From: Malacoraja senta
Taxonomy: Eukaryota
NCBI GenBank assembly: GCA_038087875.1
Contig: JAXLNO010001148.1
Span: 127,242-188,000, forward strand
Direction of reading: 5' to 3'
Length of the DNA stretch: 60,759 bases
The notes beneath the pieces were generated by a model that ran no database searches, was not told the origin of the DNA, and was given only the letters and a program-made list of their open reading frames with translations. The position numbers were made by a program, and so were the translations under genes. This document shows, in pieces, positions 60,459 through 60,759 of this stretch. Numbering within the stretch: the first letter of the stretch is position 1; the number at the start of each line of letters is the position of its first letter.

Positions 60459-60596
60459 TTCCTTCCACTTCACAATTATGCACCACTTTGTGTTGGTCTA
60501 TCACATAAAATCCCAATAAAATACATTTACGTTTGTGGTTGTAATGTGACAAAATGTGGAAAAGTTCAAGGGGTATGAAAACTTTTGCAAGCCACT
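60459..60596 (+). mobile_element. Orphan right-TIR fragment of the same Tc1 family as 1098-3137
   Basis: Reverse complement of ~1099-1236 with few mismatches, ending TTTTGCAAGCCACT. Confidence 0.85.
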
Positions 60597-60759
60597 TGGT
60601 TTATCATTGCCATTTCCTGCTTGCTGTGTAAACTTCATCTGAATAAGGAAATGAATTGCAACCTATATATATATATAACCGTAAACTAATCTGAATTTGA
60701 CATTTATTATTTTGACATAAAATGGCATAACCTCTGTACTCTCTTACACAACTAGATAT

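Noticed and set aside
56588-60759. Alpha3 (Ig C1) exon of the class I-like gene
   Set aside because: No C...W...C Ig-C1 pattern was found. The region is CR1, L1, SINE, Rex and Tc1 sequence, so the exon presumably lies beyond the window.

Overview
Repeat-dense eukaryotic DNA, by inference from a cartilaginous fish (probably a skate or ray): it carries HE1/V-SINE-type tRNA SINEs, CR1, Rex1/Babar, RTE, L1, Penelope-like elements (PLE), Tc1, hAT, Harbinger-like MITEs and DIRS. The only host gene I can support is a + strand MHC class I-like heavy chain gene split over huge TE-filled introns. Its leader exon is 17724-17775 (MILFILLSFFRVQGAQA), alpha1 is 42111-42371 and alpha2 is 56312-56587. All junctions are phase 1 with GT-AG and join in frame; alpha3/TM/cytoplasmic exons are not seen and presumably lie beyond the window. 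Groove residues look non-classical (T143F, Y159L, Y123A, D122Y, W167L) and alpha1 has two extra Cys. Other highlights: (1) a structurally complete but decayed DIRS1-type retroelement (10788-15430, -) with ITRs, ICR and a Dam-like methyltransferase domain, whose leader holds a duplicated intron-like/hairpin/Kozak-ATG module; (2) a young 5'-truncated L1 whose 14-bp TSD supplies an in-frame ATG to an uninterrupted ~1167-aa ORF2 in intron 1; (3) about 15-20 PLE terminal repeats with minimal hammerhead-like cores, many as fold-back palindromes or tandems; (4) a Buster-type hAT with an internal higher-order minisatellite; (5) a 1-kb TIR element with a 7-bp TSD. Most short ORFs in the track are TE fragments or spurious. 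All family assignments come from motif recognition, not database searches.
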